Positions 17,307 through 26,609 of a stretch of DNA of 64,000 bases are shown piece by piece (within the stretch, counting starts at the first letter, position 1; the number at the start of each line of letters is the position of its first letter). A program made the position numbers and the translations under genes. This DNA is from Clostridia bacterium (GTDB lineage: Bacteria > Bacillota > Clostridia > UBA1212). The DNA lies in NCBI GenBank assembly GCA_017848335.1, contig JAGDAX010000141.1:5558-69557 (forward strand), written 5' to 3'. The notes beneath the pieces are model-generated. The model was not told where the DNA came from. It ran no database searches and saw only the letters and a list, made by a program, of their open reading frames with translations.

Positions 17307-17348
17307 CAGGGCCTTCGGTCAGATGAGGGATTCTGCACTCTTATTGTA
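17307..17348 (+). terminator. Rho-independent terminator
   Basis: aagagtgcagggccttcggtcagatgagggattctgcactctt followed by T-rich tgtattctgttttctg. Confidence 0.6.
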
Positions 17349-17639
17349 TTCTGTTTTCTGATTTGCCGGATTGATTTTGTGCGTTTGACCTGCGCGTTGA
17401 TTTGGCGCATTGAAGACGCGCTACTGACCTTGCTTCTCTAAACATTTGCTTCAGAATCCGCATATAATACCTTGGAATATTGAGGTGCTCCGCAGGAATT
17501 CCCCCCTTGGCGCACTTACGGAAAACGAAGCTTCGCACGAAGCGTCTTCAGGCGGCAAATCAAATGACAACGTGACTTCGCGCGAAGAATCACCCGATGA
17601 GAGCTGACGTTTTGATTGACGCGAAAGGAGGATCATATT

Positions 17640-17891
17640 ATGTCTGTTTTATTTTTTGACGTTTATTTGCCTTTATTGATTTGGGCTTGTTTATGTGCCG
17701 GTCTGGTGTTATCTTTTAATTGGTTCGCCGCGTCTTTGGCTTTGTTTATCGTGCAGAAAAGGAAACAAAACCTGACATGGGCGGAATTCTGGAGGAAGAT
17801 GCTCATAGCTTCCGCTATTGTGTTTGGGGCCCACGCTGCTGTAATTACAGTCGGCTTCGTTTTATTTTTAGGCGCGCTGGCTCATATGTAG
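17640..17891 (+). CDS. Small two-TM membrane protein (hypothetical)
   Basis: RBS aaaggagga 7 nt upstream. Hydrophobic sequence. Confidence 0.35.
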   Translation: MSVLFFDVYLPLLIWACLCAGLVLSFNWFAASLALFIVQKRKQNLTWAEFWRKMLIASAIVFGAHAAVITVGFVLFLGALAHM

Positions 17892-18019
17892 CCTTGTGCC
17901 GCCGCCATCCTTGCAGTCGACCCGCGCGGCGGGCGACCCTCGTAACGCGTAGTTTTTGCGAAGCGCAGCTTTCGTGACGCGTGATTTTCACGCCGCGCAT
18001 CCGTATAACGCATAGCTTT

Positions 18020-18157
18020 ATGAAACAGAAAACGTTCAATATTATTTTAATTGCAATTATGGCTGCCGGACTGGCCGGTATTATCGCGCTGCTGATATAC
18101 ACGTACGTCCTTTTTAAGGACTGCTCCATTATCGCCTATATTATAAATAAGGGGTGA
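18020..18157 (+). CDS. Possible 45-aa single-TM peptide (MKQKTFNIILIAIMAAGLAGIIALLIYTYVLFKDCSIIAYIINKG)
   Basis: AT-rich ORF below the ORF-track size cutoff. It ends 5 nt before the start of the next gene. No clear SD sequence. Confidence 0.2.
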   Translation: MKQKTFNIILIAIMAAGLAGIIALLIYTYVLFKDCSIIAYIINKG

Positions 18158-18162
18158 ACGGT

Positions 18163-19149
18163 ATGGGGCTCAGAAAGCAAATCGCGGTAATAATATCGGT
18201 CGTGCTGGCTTTTGTTTTGACTTATGGCGCAGTGTTCGGCACGGTGACGGTAAGGTATATTGACAGGCGCTCTCCGGAGCTCAAAAGCCGTTCCGTCGAG
18301 GTGTCTCAGTATCTGCCCTTTGACGAGGCTTCCGGCATCGTGAAGTCTGATCATTATGAGAAGCTTGAGGGCGACCTTCCCGTGGTGGACGGAGGGGCGG
18401 CTCTTTTTCCGCTTTATTCAGCCTTTGTAAACGCAATCTATCCGCCCGAAAGCGTGAGCTATGACGGGAAGGATTTTGCCCCTGAGAGCGCGATGCAGTT
18501 TACCAACACCATTGGCGCGTACAAGAGCGTCGTGGACGGCACGGCGGACGTGGTTTTCTGCGGCGGGCCATCGCAGGAGCAGCTCCGATATGCGGAGGAG
18601 AAGGGCGTCACGCTGAAGCTCGTTCCCATCGGTATCGAGGCGTTTGTGTTTATTGTCAGGAGCGACAATCCCGTGGACAACCTGTCAACAGGGCAGGTGC
18701 GGGACATCTATTCGGGCAGGATCACTCGCTGGAGCGAGGTGGGCGGCGACAGCTCGTTCATTGATACCGTCATCAGGAACAAGGGCAGCGGAAGTCACAC
18801 AATGATGCTGTCGTTCATGGGCGACCGGAAGATCAGGAAGAACATTCCGGGGGCGATCGGCGGCCGCGCCATAGGCTATTCGTTCAGGTATTACGTCTCC
18901 AATCTGACGGACGCAAGGTCCGCCGGCAGCAACGGCCTCGGGATCAAGATGCTGTCGCTGGACGGGGTCTATCCCGACGCGGAAAGCATCGCCAACGGAA
19001 GCTATCCTGTCGCAGGGCATTTCTATGCGGTTTACAATGAGGCAAACGGGAACGAAAACGTCGGCCGCCTGATCGATTTCGTGCTCTCCGATGAAGGGCA
19101 GAAGATCGTAGAGGCGACAGGGTACGTGCCGATAGGCAGCGCAGACTGA
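18163..19149 (+). CDS. PstS-family / PBP-like_2 phosphate-binding-like domain protein, membrane-anchored and orphan (no pstCAB nearby)
   Basis: LSTGQVRDIYSGRITRWSEVGG and DGG.AL.PL motifs typical of PstS-like PBPs. N-terminal TM anchor. RBS aagggg. Confidence 0.6.
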   Translation: MGLRKQIAVIISVVLAFVLTYGAVFGTVTVRYIDRRSPELKSRSVEVSQYLPFDEASGIVKSDHYEKLEGDLPVVDGGAALFPLYSAFVNAIYPPESVSYDGKDFAPESAMQFTNTIGAYKSVVDGTADVVFCGGPSQEQLRYAEEKGVTLKLVPIGIEAFVFIVRSDNPVDNLSTGQVRDIYSGRITRWSEVGGDSSFIDTVIRNKGSGSHTMMLSFMGDRKIRKNIPGAIGGRAIGYSFRYYVSNLTDARSAGSNGLGIKMLSLDGVYPDAESIANGSYPVAGHFYAVYNEANGNENVGRLIDFVLSDEGQKIVEATGYVPIGSAD

Positions 19150-19245
19150 TTGTTTGAGGTGAAAAGCTGACCGCAGAAGGTTAGCTTCCGCTTTGGAAAC
19201 AAACAAGGAATACGGAATAGAATACCGAATAACGAAATTTGTTTG

Positions 19246-19274
19246 TTGACAGTATTTTTATTATTTGTTATACT
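19246..19274 (+). promoter_or_regulatory. Promoter for tRNA-His (TTGACA-17-TATACT)
   Basis: ttgacagtatttttattatttgttatact. Confidence 0.5.
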
Positions 19275-19285
19275 TGCTTGGCCGT

Positions 19286-19363
19286 GGTAGCTATAGCTCA
19301 GTTGGTTAGAGTACCAGGTTGTGGCCCTGGGGGTCGTGGGTTCGAATCCCACTAGCTACCCCA
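19286..19363 (+). tRNA. tRNA-His (anticodon GTG), with the extra G at -1 and an encoded CCA
   Basis: Manual cloverleaf: acceptor GTAGCTA/TAGCTAC, D-arm GCTCAGTTGGTTAGAGT, anticodon loop TTGTGGC, T-arm GTGGGTTCGAATCCCAC, discriminator C, G-1. Confidence 0.85.
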
Positions 19364-19365
19364 CG

Positions 19366-19400
19366 TAAAGGACGGTCTCCTTTGGAGGCCGTTTTTTTTT
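19366..19400 (+). terminator. Rho-independent terminator after tRNA-His
   Basis: ggacggtctcc-tttgg-aggccgt followed by a T9 run. Confidence 0.6.
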
Positions 19401-19404
19401 TCGC

Positions 19405-19560
19405 CTGCCGAGGGCAGAAAATCATCAGTAAACCAGCCGGAAAACCGACCCAAGGCGGCCGCAGGTCATCGGTAAACCGGCCGGAAAACCGCCCGCAGGC
19501 CGCTGCAGCCCGGCTGCAGATCCGCAGTGAAACCGGCGCAGTGCAGCCGCAAATCAGCCG
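19405..19560. repeat. Degenerate ~40-bp tandem repeat x3 (cag/cggtaaaccggccggaaaaccg.cc..aggc)
   Basis: Three successive similar units are visible directly. Confidence 0.55.
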
Positions 19561-19632
19561 CCACCGCCGCGCCCCCGGTTTACGGGATGCATCAAATAAC
19601 GTTAAAAATATATCGATATTCGATAAATTTAT

Positions 19633-19666
19633 ATTGACAAACAGTTTTTAAGTGATATAATAGCCT
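19633..19666 (+). promoter_or_regulatory. Near-consensus sigma-A promoter (TTGACA-16/17-TATAAT) for the DUF2975-HTH operon
   Basis: ttgacaaacagtttttaagtgatataat. Confidence 0.55.
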
Positions 19667-19698
19667 TCGGAATCCAACAGAAGATCCCGGAGGTTATT

Positions 19699-20172
19699 AT
19701 GCTTAAGATCAACAGAAAGCTATCGGTTTATATCTCGATCGTGCTTACTGCGGTGATGTTCGCGGGGCTGATCGTATTGGCGGTCTTTATGCCGTTCATA
19801 CTGGAATACCTGCTTAAAATTCCCGGGCTTTTCGGGGACGTCGCGGTATTGTCGCAATACAAGCGCGTTATCTTTTACACGGCGGCCTATGCTGAGCTGG
19901 CGATCATGATGGCGGGGCTGGGGCTCCTTTTCGCGCTGCTTATGCTGGTGCAGCGGAGGAAGGTCTTCACGGCGGCAGCGGTTGAGCTGATAAGGTATAT
20001 TTCGTGGTGCCTGATATTCATGGGCATCATTATGATCGCGCTGACGTCATTCTCGGTCATAGCACTGATCATCGGCGCGGCGGTGCTCTTCCTGGGCCTC
20101 ACCGTAAGGGTGGTGAAAAACGTCATCGAAGAGGCGGTTTATCTCAAGGAAGAGAACGATCTCACGGTGTAG
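19699..20172 (+). CDS. DUF2975 family membrane protein
   Basis: Four-TM protein immediately upstream of a YozG-type HTH gene, which is the classic DUF2975/HTH_26 gene pair. RBS ggaggt. Confidence 0.6.
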   Translation: MLKINRKLSVYISIVLTAVMFAGLIVLAVFMPFILEYLLKIPGLFGDVAVLSQYKRVIFYTAAYAELAIMMAGLGLLFALLMLVQRRKVFTAAAVELIRYISWCLIFMGIIMIALTSFSVIALIIGAAVLFLGLTVRVVKNVIEEAVYLKEENDLTV

Positions 20173-20184
20173 GAGGGAGGGCCT

Positions 20185-20388
20185 ATGATCATCATCAATC
20201 TTGACGTGATGATGGCGAAGCGCAAGATGTCTCTCGGCGAGCTGTCCGACAAGGTAGGCATCACACTTGCCAATCTATCCGTCCTCAAAAATAACAAAGC
20301 CAAGGCTGTACGCTTCTCGACGCTGGACGCAATATGCGAGGCGCTCGACTGCGGCGTGAGTGACATTATCGAATACAGAAAGGAATGA
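20185..20388 (+). CDS. Small XRE/Cro-type HTH transcriptional regulator (YozG/HTH_26-like)
   Basis: MSLGELSDKVGITLANLSVLKNNKAKAVRFSTLDAICEALDCGVSDII is the typical 67-aa HTH_26 sequence. Confidence 0.75.
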   Translation: MIIINLDVMMAKRKMSLGELSDKVGITLANLSVLKNNKAKAVRFSTLDAICEALDCGVSDIIEYRKE

Positions 20389-20392
20389 TGAG

Positions 20393-22471
20393 ATGGACTA
20401 TGAGTTTAATTACGATCCGATGACAGGCGAGCCGTTAAGGGCTCCGCAGGGCGAAGAGCCGGACGCGCCCGATTACGCGCAGGGCACCTATGGCGGGCAG
20501 GGCACTTACTCCGCGCAGGGCACTTACGCCGCGCAGGACACCTGTGCAGCGCCCGGAAGCACGACAGACCCTTCGGCGGGAGGGAAGTCCCTTAAGCGCA
20601 CGAGTACTTACACAGCGAAGGAAAAGGTCCTGGCCTGGTGCGCCGCGATAGTCGGGTATCTGTTTTGCCGCACCTTCTGGGTCTGGAAAAAGCCCGTGAC
20701 GGGACTGATCTTCACGCTTTGCCTTTTTGTGTTCGCGCTGGTGTTTTTCGGGAAGCAGAAAAGAAAAGCGAGGAGCTGGTTTTATCCGGTTTCGGCGCTG
20801 CTGCTGTCAAGCGCGCTGTTCCTGTCCGGGAGCCCCGTGCTGCTCGTCCTTGTGTTCACGTATTCCTGCGCCGCGTTCCTGATGTTCTGTCAGACGGGCT
20901 CGGCCACTGCCCTTGAGAGCTATGCAGGCAGGCTTTACTTCTTTGAGACGCTGAAGGCGGTGTTTGTCTCGCCCTTTAAAAGCTTCGGCGCGGCAGCAGG
21001 CGCCATAGGCACGAACCGCAGCGGCAGGAAGGTCGGCAAGACCGTTCTTATCATACTTGCGGGCATCGGGATCACCGTGATTCCGACGGCGTTTGTGATG
21101 TGGCTGCTGTCCTTTGACAGCAACTTTACGGATATTCTCGCGAGGATCCGTCTGACGCTTTTTGACAACATATTTGCCCACGTCTGGTCGCTGATTCTGG
21201 GCTTTCCGCTGGGAATGTACGTCTTCGGGGCGCTTTACACCTCGGCGCACCCGCGTCCGGACGCCTTCAACGGCGAAAACTGCGTGAAGATCGAGGACAA
21301 GGTGAAATTCGCGCCTGCTCTTGCCGGGGCGGTGGCGATCATTCCGCTGCTTTTCGTCTACGTCGTGTTTATTGTCGCGCAGCAAGGCTACTACAGGGCG
21401 GTATTCACGTCCACGCTGCCTGACGCATTTACCTTCGCGGAGTTTGCGCGGGACGGATTTTTCAGACTTTGCATAGTCGCGGCCATTAACGCGCTGGTCC
21501 TGATCATGCTTCGCGTGTTCACACGCAAGACCGGGTCCGGCAAGATATCCCCGGTGGTCAGGGTCTTCACCGTTATCCTCTCGCTGGTGACGATCATAAT
21601 AACCGGCACCGCCATTTCCCAGATGGTCATGTACGTGTCTGTTTACGGCCTCACGCGGCTCAGGCTTTACACGCTGTGGTTCATGGTGCTGCTGGTATTG
21701 CTCTTCCTGGCGGCGATCTTAAAGCAGATCATCGCGAGAATGCCCTTCGCGGCGACTGTGCTTACCGTGTTCGTTCTCGCCTTCGGTGTGCTTGCGGTGC
21801 CCGACACCGACGCGTTCATTGCGCGCCACAATTACAACTGCCACCTTGCAGGGACGACCTATGAGATGGACACGGATTATCTGGGAAGGCTTCTGCCCTC
21901 GTCCGTTCCGGTGCTTTGCGAGATTGCCGAAAATGACGGTATCGGGGAGGACGTCCGCAAAGGCGCTCTCCTCCAGTTAGGAAAATATGCCGCTAAGGCC
22001 GCCCACCCCGACAATCTTCCTTCCATATTGGCGAACAGGGCATACAAGTCGCTGGACCGCGGCATGCAGCTCAAGGCCGCTGTACTGTACGACCCCCTGC
22101 AGCCGGGCGTAAACGTCTCGGAGGAAAGGCAGACCTTCATGATAAGCGGCGACTTTTACGAGGTCACGGTTTGTCTCTACGACAAAAACGAGGAGACTGT
22201 TTTTACCGACAATGAGTGCTATCTGCCCCTCAAGAGCGGCGAGCAGACGGACGAGACTGCGGCGTTTATCAACGATTACATCAAGGCCTGCGAGAGGGCC
22301 GGAAAAGAGAGCATTATCCCGTTCAGCTCCGGAGACCTTTATTCGGAGGGACGCTTCTATATCGGCGTCTCCGGAGAGGGATACGCCATAAAGGGCGGGA
22401 ATTATTATCCCTACCTGTCACTGTACCTTTATGACAGGAACAACGGTTGCCTTGCGGTGATAAGCAGGTAA
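20393..22471 (+). CDS. Large polytopic membrane protein (hypothetical) with an N-terminal G/Q/Y-rich low-complexity region and a C-terminal soluble domain
   Basis: More than 10 predicted TM helices. Its start abuts the HTH gene stop, with RBS gaaaggaatga. The upstream ATG at 20360 overlaps the HTH gene. Confidence 0.6.
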   Translation: MDYEFNYDPMTGEPLRAPQGEEPDAPDYAQGTYGGQGTYSAQGTYAAQDTCAAPGSTTDPSAGGKSLKRTSTYTAKEKVLAWCAAIVGYLFCRTFWVWKKPVTGLIFTLCLFVFALVFFGKQKRKARSWFYPVSALLLSSALFLSGSPVLLVLVFTYSCAAFLMFCQTGSATALESYAGRLYFFETLKAVFVSPFKSFGAAAGAIGTNRSGRKVGKTVLIILAGIGITVIPTAFVMWLLSFDSNFTDILARIRLTLFDNIFAHVWSLILGFPLGMYVFGALYTSAHPRPDAFNGENCVKIEDKVKFAPALAGAVAIIPLLFVYVVFIVAQQGYYRAVFTSTLPDAFTFAEFARDGFFRLCIVAAINALVLIMLRVFTRKTGSGKISPVVRVFTVILSLVTIIITGTAISQMVMYVSVYGLTRLRLYTLWFMVLLVLLFLAAILKQIIARMPFAATVLTVFVLAFGVLAVPDTDAFIARHNYNCHLAGTTYEMDTDYLGRLLPSSVPVLCEIAENDGIGEDVRKGALLQLGKYAAKAAHPDNLPSILANRAYKSLDRGMQLKAAVLYDPLQPGVNVSEERQTFMISGDFYEVTVCLYDKNEETVFTDNECYLPLKSGEQTDETAAFINDYIKACERAGKESIIPFSSGDLYSEGRFYIGVSGEGYAIKGGNYYPYLSLYLYDRNNGCLAVISR

Positions 22472-22599
22472 GGAGCAGTCTTGCGGTGATAAGCAGGTAA
22501 GGCGCTGTTGAAATTTCGGAATATGATATAAAGGCAGTATAAAAAGGGCACCGCCCCCGGGATCGCTTCAGCGGCTTTCTTACCAAAAGGTGAGAAGGT

Positions 22600-22800
22600 G
22601 CGGAGCGGGGGGCGGTGTCTGTTTTGTATCAGTTTGGCGGCGGATCTACGTTTCCGCAGAGGGCTCAGCCGGGCTTTCCGCGGTGGGGTCAGTCAGGCTT
22701 TACGGTGAGGGCTGCGCAGCCACTTCCGCGGAGGCATCAGCCGGGCATTACGGTGATGGCTATGCAGCCGTTTCCGCGGAGGGTTTCCGGTCGAGCCTGA
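22600..22800. repeat. Degenerate ~48-bp tandem repeat (ttccgcggagg..cagccgggc.ttacggtga.ggct.tgcagcc) x~3
   Basis: Direct inspection. A long inverted repeat caccgccccc/gggggcggtg lies just upstream. Confidence 0.5.
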
Positions 22801-23521
22801 ATATCGCCCTGAACACAGGCTTTATGTAGCACGCGGTCACGGCAAGGGTTGCTATTATCGCGTATTCAACCATATATACCAGCCAGCCGTTGGAGGTGTT
22901 GAAGAAGGGAATTCCGTCAATGGGCGGGTGGATCACGTACATAAAATTGATGTCGGAAGCCCCGTCGTAGAGGATCGAATTGACGTATATTGCCGTCATG
23001 CCGATGAAGGCCAGGAAGACCAGACAGCGGGTGTAATCCTTGACGGTGAATCGTTCGTGCATCAGGAGGTAGAGGGCGAAGATGATTATCGCGCTGTGGT
23101 AGGTGAAATACTGGACCGTGATGAACCAGTTGCTTCTGGACGAGGACGTGGCGATGATGAGAGCCATGACACCGCCGATAAGGCAGGTGGGATACATGAA
23201 GGCGTGCAGTATCCGCCTGATTTTTTCATTGCCGGATACGTTCAGAATGAAAATGAAAATGAGCTGGATGGAGCAGAGGTGAAAGGGCAGGTCGGTCTTG
23301 GGAAGATAGCCGCCGAGCTTGTCTTCGTTCATGAGAACGTAGGAAAAGACCTTCACCGTCTCGGAGACGATTCCTACGGCCATCAGTATTCGGTACATCG
23401 TTTTGAGCTTGAATTTGCGTGTGAGAATGGTCCCGACAATGATTATTATCAGTGAAACAGCCATCAGGACAATGTGCTTGAAGTGGAACAGATCGTTATT
23501 AAAAAAGCTTGAAGCCGGCAT
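22760..23521 (-). CDS. YwaF/TIGR02206-family integral membrane protein (probable)
   Basis: About 7 TM helices. The LPFHLCS motif is typical of this family. It is the only clear minus-strand gene in the first half of the window. Confidence 0.5.
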   Translation of the reverse strand: MPASSFFNNDLFHFKHIVLMAVSLIIIIVGTILTRKFKLKTMYRILMAVGIVSETVKVFSYVLMNEDKLGGYLPKTDLPFHLCSIQLIFIFILNVSGNEKIRRILHAFMYPTCLIGGVMALIIATSSSRSNWFITVQYFTYHSAIIIFALYLLMHERFTVKDYTRCLVFLAFIGMTAIYVNSILYDGASDINFMYVIHPPIDGIPFFNTSNGWLVYMVEYAIIATLAVTACYIKPVFRAIFRLDRKPSAETAA

Positions 23522-23714
23522 GGAGAAAACTCCTGTCTTTGTGTAAAGTCAATGCGTTTTGAGTTCCGGAAATATTTACCGTACTGCAAGAGATGATGCA
23601 CATTTAGATTATATATAATCGACAGGGGGGTTTCAACCGGTTTTGAAGACCGGTGGCAGGTGCCGGTTAAAAAGCCGGAGGCGAGAGGCCGGAGGACAGA
23701 TACCGCTGCGCGAG

Positions 23715-23885
23715 CTATGGGACGCGAGTTATGGAACGCGAGTTGCGGGTTCGCCGTGGTGTGACTTGTCCGGATCTGCTCCAATTTTGAACCAGCCACA
23801 GCGCACTCTGCACTCAGCACCCGGAACTTGGCACTTGATACCGGGCACTCGGACGGCGGCGATTTTATTGACGGGCACGCCTGTT
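23715..23885. repeat. Mosaic intergenic repeat (gttatgg units in reverse-complement orientation, plus the ggaacttggcacttgataccgggcactcgg module)
   Basis: gagctatgggacgcgagttatggaacgcgagttgcggg is the reverse complement of the cccataac-type units seen at 8160-8225. Confidence 0.6.
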
Positions 23886-23933
23886 ATGTTGTATCATAGG
23901 ACTTGAGAATTCTATATGAGGAGCTCTTTTGTC

Positions 23934-26468
23934 ATGAAGGATCTTTTGGTTGTAAAAAGGCTTAACGCGGTCATTCTCGCGGTCATATGCGTCGCGCTGG
24001 TTTTATCGGCGATGGCAGTGGCTCCCGCCGTCAGCGCGGCAGGGACGGAGTTTGATATTTTCGGGACCGATAAGAACTACAAGAAAAGCTCGGTGGTCTT
24101 CAAGGAAGGCGACGTGATCCAGATACAGTTCAAAACGGTTTGCGACATTACGAGCATCGGCATCGAGGTCAACGAGAACAGCGTGGGCGGCGAGCTGCTT
24201 CTGCAGCTGTACGAATGGGTCAAAAACCCCAGGGATACCGTCTCCTCCGGCAAGCTGATCGCGTCGCGGACGGTGGACAAGTGGGAGCGCACCACCAATA
24301 TTCCGCTGAGCTTTGAGGACCTTCAGGGGGGAGTTCTTCCCGCGGGCGAATACATGTTTTCGGTTAAAATCGTGAAGTGCAAGGACAGCATGAGAGTGTT
24401 CTGGTACAGGCCCTCGATCTCCGGCATTTGCTCATACGTAAACGACTACATGGAGTACGGGGCGCCGATGGGCCGCGTCACCACAAAGGAGCCGCAGGAG
24501 AAGGCCTTCGGATTCGCAAGCGTCTGCGAGGATTTTCCCTTTTTGACGCCGCCGCCGGAGTACGAATACCCGGAGGACCATCCGGTGAAGCAGCTGGACG
24601 TGGATTCGACGCTCTGGACGTTTACCGACGGTCTCGGAAGGTCCAACCCCTCCTACAGCGAGGCCGGCAACAGGAACGATAAAAAGGTGGGTATTTTCTA
24701 CTGGACCTGGCACCTCAATTTTAAGACTCTGAGGCCTGTGAATATTCACGCGATACTGGAGGAATACCCGGATGCGATACACGACTTCAACCACCAGATC
24801 TGGAAAAAGAACAGCGGGCAGAACTTCTGGAACGAGCCTCTGTACGGCTTCTATATCGAGTCGGACGATTACGTTTTGAGGAAGCACGCGGAGCTTCTCG
24901 CGGACGCGGACATCGACTTCGTACTCTTTGACTGCACCAACGGCGACGCTACCTGGGAGGAGGCGTATATGAACCTTCTCAAGGTCTGGGATCAGGCGCG
25001 GCAGGACGGCGTCGACACGCCGCAGGTGGGCTTCATGATGCAGTTCGGATACACCGAGAATACGCTTTCCTCGCTCTCGCAGGTCTACAACAAAATCTAC
25101 AGGAAGGGCCTCTATCAGGACCTCTGGTTCTACTGGGAGGGCAAGCCTCTCATTATGGCTTACAACAGCGGCCTTGACCTGCAGAATTATCTCGAGAAGG
25201 AGATCTACGACTTTTTCACCTTCCGCGCAGGAATGCCTTCCTACTTTGAGGGTGATTTTCCGGACACCCACTGGGGCTGGCTCCACATCACGCCTCAGGC
25301 GAAATATCTGAATGCCGACGGCTCCGTCGAAATGACCACCGTGGGCATCGCAATGAACGCAAACTACGAGACCATGGAATGCGACTCCATGAACAACCTT
25401 CACAACATGGGCCGCAGTTATTCAAGGGATCCGAATTATTCCTACACTTACACTTACCGCGGCAATGAGATCGTGTGCCGCACGGGTATGGAAAATTCAA
25501 AGCTGTACGGCATCAACTTCCAGGAGCAGTGGGACTCCGCCATTGCCATGGATCCGGAGATCATATTCGTGACGGGCTGGAACGAGTGGATAATGGGCCG
25601 CTACGAGACGTGGGGGAGCGTGGAAAACGGCTTCCCGGATCAGTGCAACGACGAGAATTCAAGGGATATCGAGCCCTCCAAGGGCGACCTGAAGGATTAT
25701 TATTACTACCAGCTGGTGACCAACGTCCGCAGATTCAAGGGCGTCTCCGTGCCTGAGCATCAGGGCAAGGCAGTCACCATCGATATCGGCGGCGACTTCA
25801 GCCAGTGGGACAGCAAGGACGTCATGACCTTTAACCACTACGCGAACAACACGCTGCCGCGGAACAACGACGGCTTCAGCGGCACCCATTACAAGAACCC
25901 GGGTATCCGCAACGACTTCACCGCGCTGAAGGCCTCCTACGATAAGGATTATTTCTACTTCTACGCGGAGACCGCCGCGAATATCACGCCGTACACCGAC
26001 GGCGAATGGATGAGGCTTCTCATTGACACGGGCGCAGCGGACGAAACCTCCACGGACTGGGAGGACTTTGAATATATCATCGGGCGCGAGACCGGCACCG
26101 GCAGCACGCTTTCCGTCGAGAAGAGCAAGGGCGGCTGGAGCTGGGAAAAGACCGGCGACGCCGAATATACCGTCAGCGGCAACAAAATGATGCTCCGCGT
26201 AAAGCGCGAGCTTCTGGGCCTTACCGACAATAAATTCCAGCTTGGATTTAAGTGGTGCGACGCCAACCTCAAGGACGGGGATATATTGACCCTTTACACC
26301 GACGGCGACGCCGCGCCGGGCGGCAGGTTTACGTTCCGCTTCACCAACGTGGTCACCAAGCCCCTTAAGAAGGGCTGCGGGTCGGTCGCGTCCGGCATGG
26401 CCGCGGTGGTCTTGGTGATGGCGCTGGCGGCTGCGGCAGGGCCGGTGACGGTGAGGAAGAAGGGGTAG
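23934..26468 (+). CDS. Large secreted protein with a TIM-barrel glycoside-hydrolase-like central region (tentative), a C-terminal beta-rich domain and a C-terminal GCGS + TM + basic anchor
   Basis: Signal peptide MKDLLVVKRLNAVILAVICVALVLSAMAVAPAVSA. Motifs IFYWTWH, FVLFDCTNGD and VTGWNEW are reminiscent of GH99/GH71-like hydrolases. Ends KKGCGSVASGMAAVVLVMALAAAAGPVTVRKKG. Confidence 0.55.
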   Translation: MKDLLVVKRLNAVILAVICVALVLSAMAVAPAVSAAGTEFDIFGTDKNYKKSSVVFKEGDVIQIQFKTVCDITSIGIEVNENSVGGELLLQLYEWVKNPRDTVSSGKLIASRTVDKWERTTNIPLSFEDLQGGVLPAGEYMFSVKIVKCKDSMRVFWYRPSISGICSYVNDYMEYGAPMGRVTTKEPQEKAFGFASVCEDFPFLTPPPEYEYPEDHPVKQLDVDSTLWTFTDGLGRSNPSYSEAGNRNDKKVGIFYWTWHLNFKTLRPVNIHAILEEYPDAIHDFNHQIWKKNSGQNFWNEPLYGFYIESDDYVLRKHAELLADADIDFVLFDCTNGDATWEEAYMNLLKVWDQARQDGVDTPQVGFMMQFGYTENTLSSLSQVYNKIYRKGLYQDLWFYWEGKPLIMAYNSGLDLQNYLEKEIYDFFTFRAGMPSYFEGDFPDTHWGWLHITPQAKYLNADGSVEMTTVGIAMNANYETMECDSMNNLHNMGRSYSRDPNYSYTYTYRGNEIVCRTGMENSKLYGINFQEQWDSAIAMDPEIIFVTGWNEWIMGRYETWGSVENGFPDQCNDENSRDIEPSKGDLKDYYYYQLVTNVRRFKGVSVPEHQGKAVTIDIGGDFSQWDSKDVMTFNHYANNTLPRNNDGFSGTHYKNPGIRNDFTALKASYDKDYFYFYAETAANITPYTDGEWMRLLIDTGAADETSTDWEDFEYIIGRETGTGSTLSVEKSKGGWSWEKTGDAEYTVSGNKMMLRVKRELLGLTDNKFQLGFKWCDANLKDGDILTLYTDGDAAPGGRFTFRFTNVVTKPLKKGCGSVASGMAAVVLVMALAAAAGPVTVRKKG

Positions 26469-26499
26469 GGCCCCGCCTTTGCGCGTCTTAAAATAGTCT

Positions 26500-26550
26500 T
26501 AAAAGCGGCGCCCGTCCGGAGGGATTTTGGAGCGCCGCTGTTTATTTTTG
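26500..26550 (+). terminator. Rho-independent terminator
   Basis: aagcggcgcccgtccggagggattttggagcgccgctgtttattttt. Confidence 0.55.
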
Positions 26551-26609
26551 CGATTTATTATGCTAAAATATCCTTTGAACAATTTTAGAAGAAAAGAGGG
26601 CACAAGGTC

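Noticed and set aside
22760-23521. Possible horizontally acquired island around the minus-strand YwaF-like gene
   Set aside because: GC content and codon usage look similar to the surroundings, and no integrase, tRNA target or direct repeats flank it.
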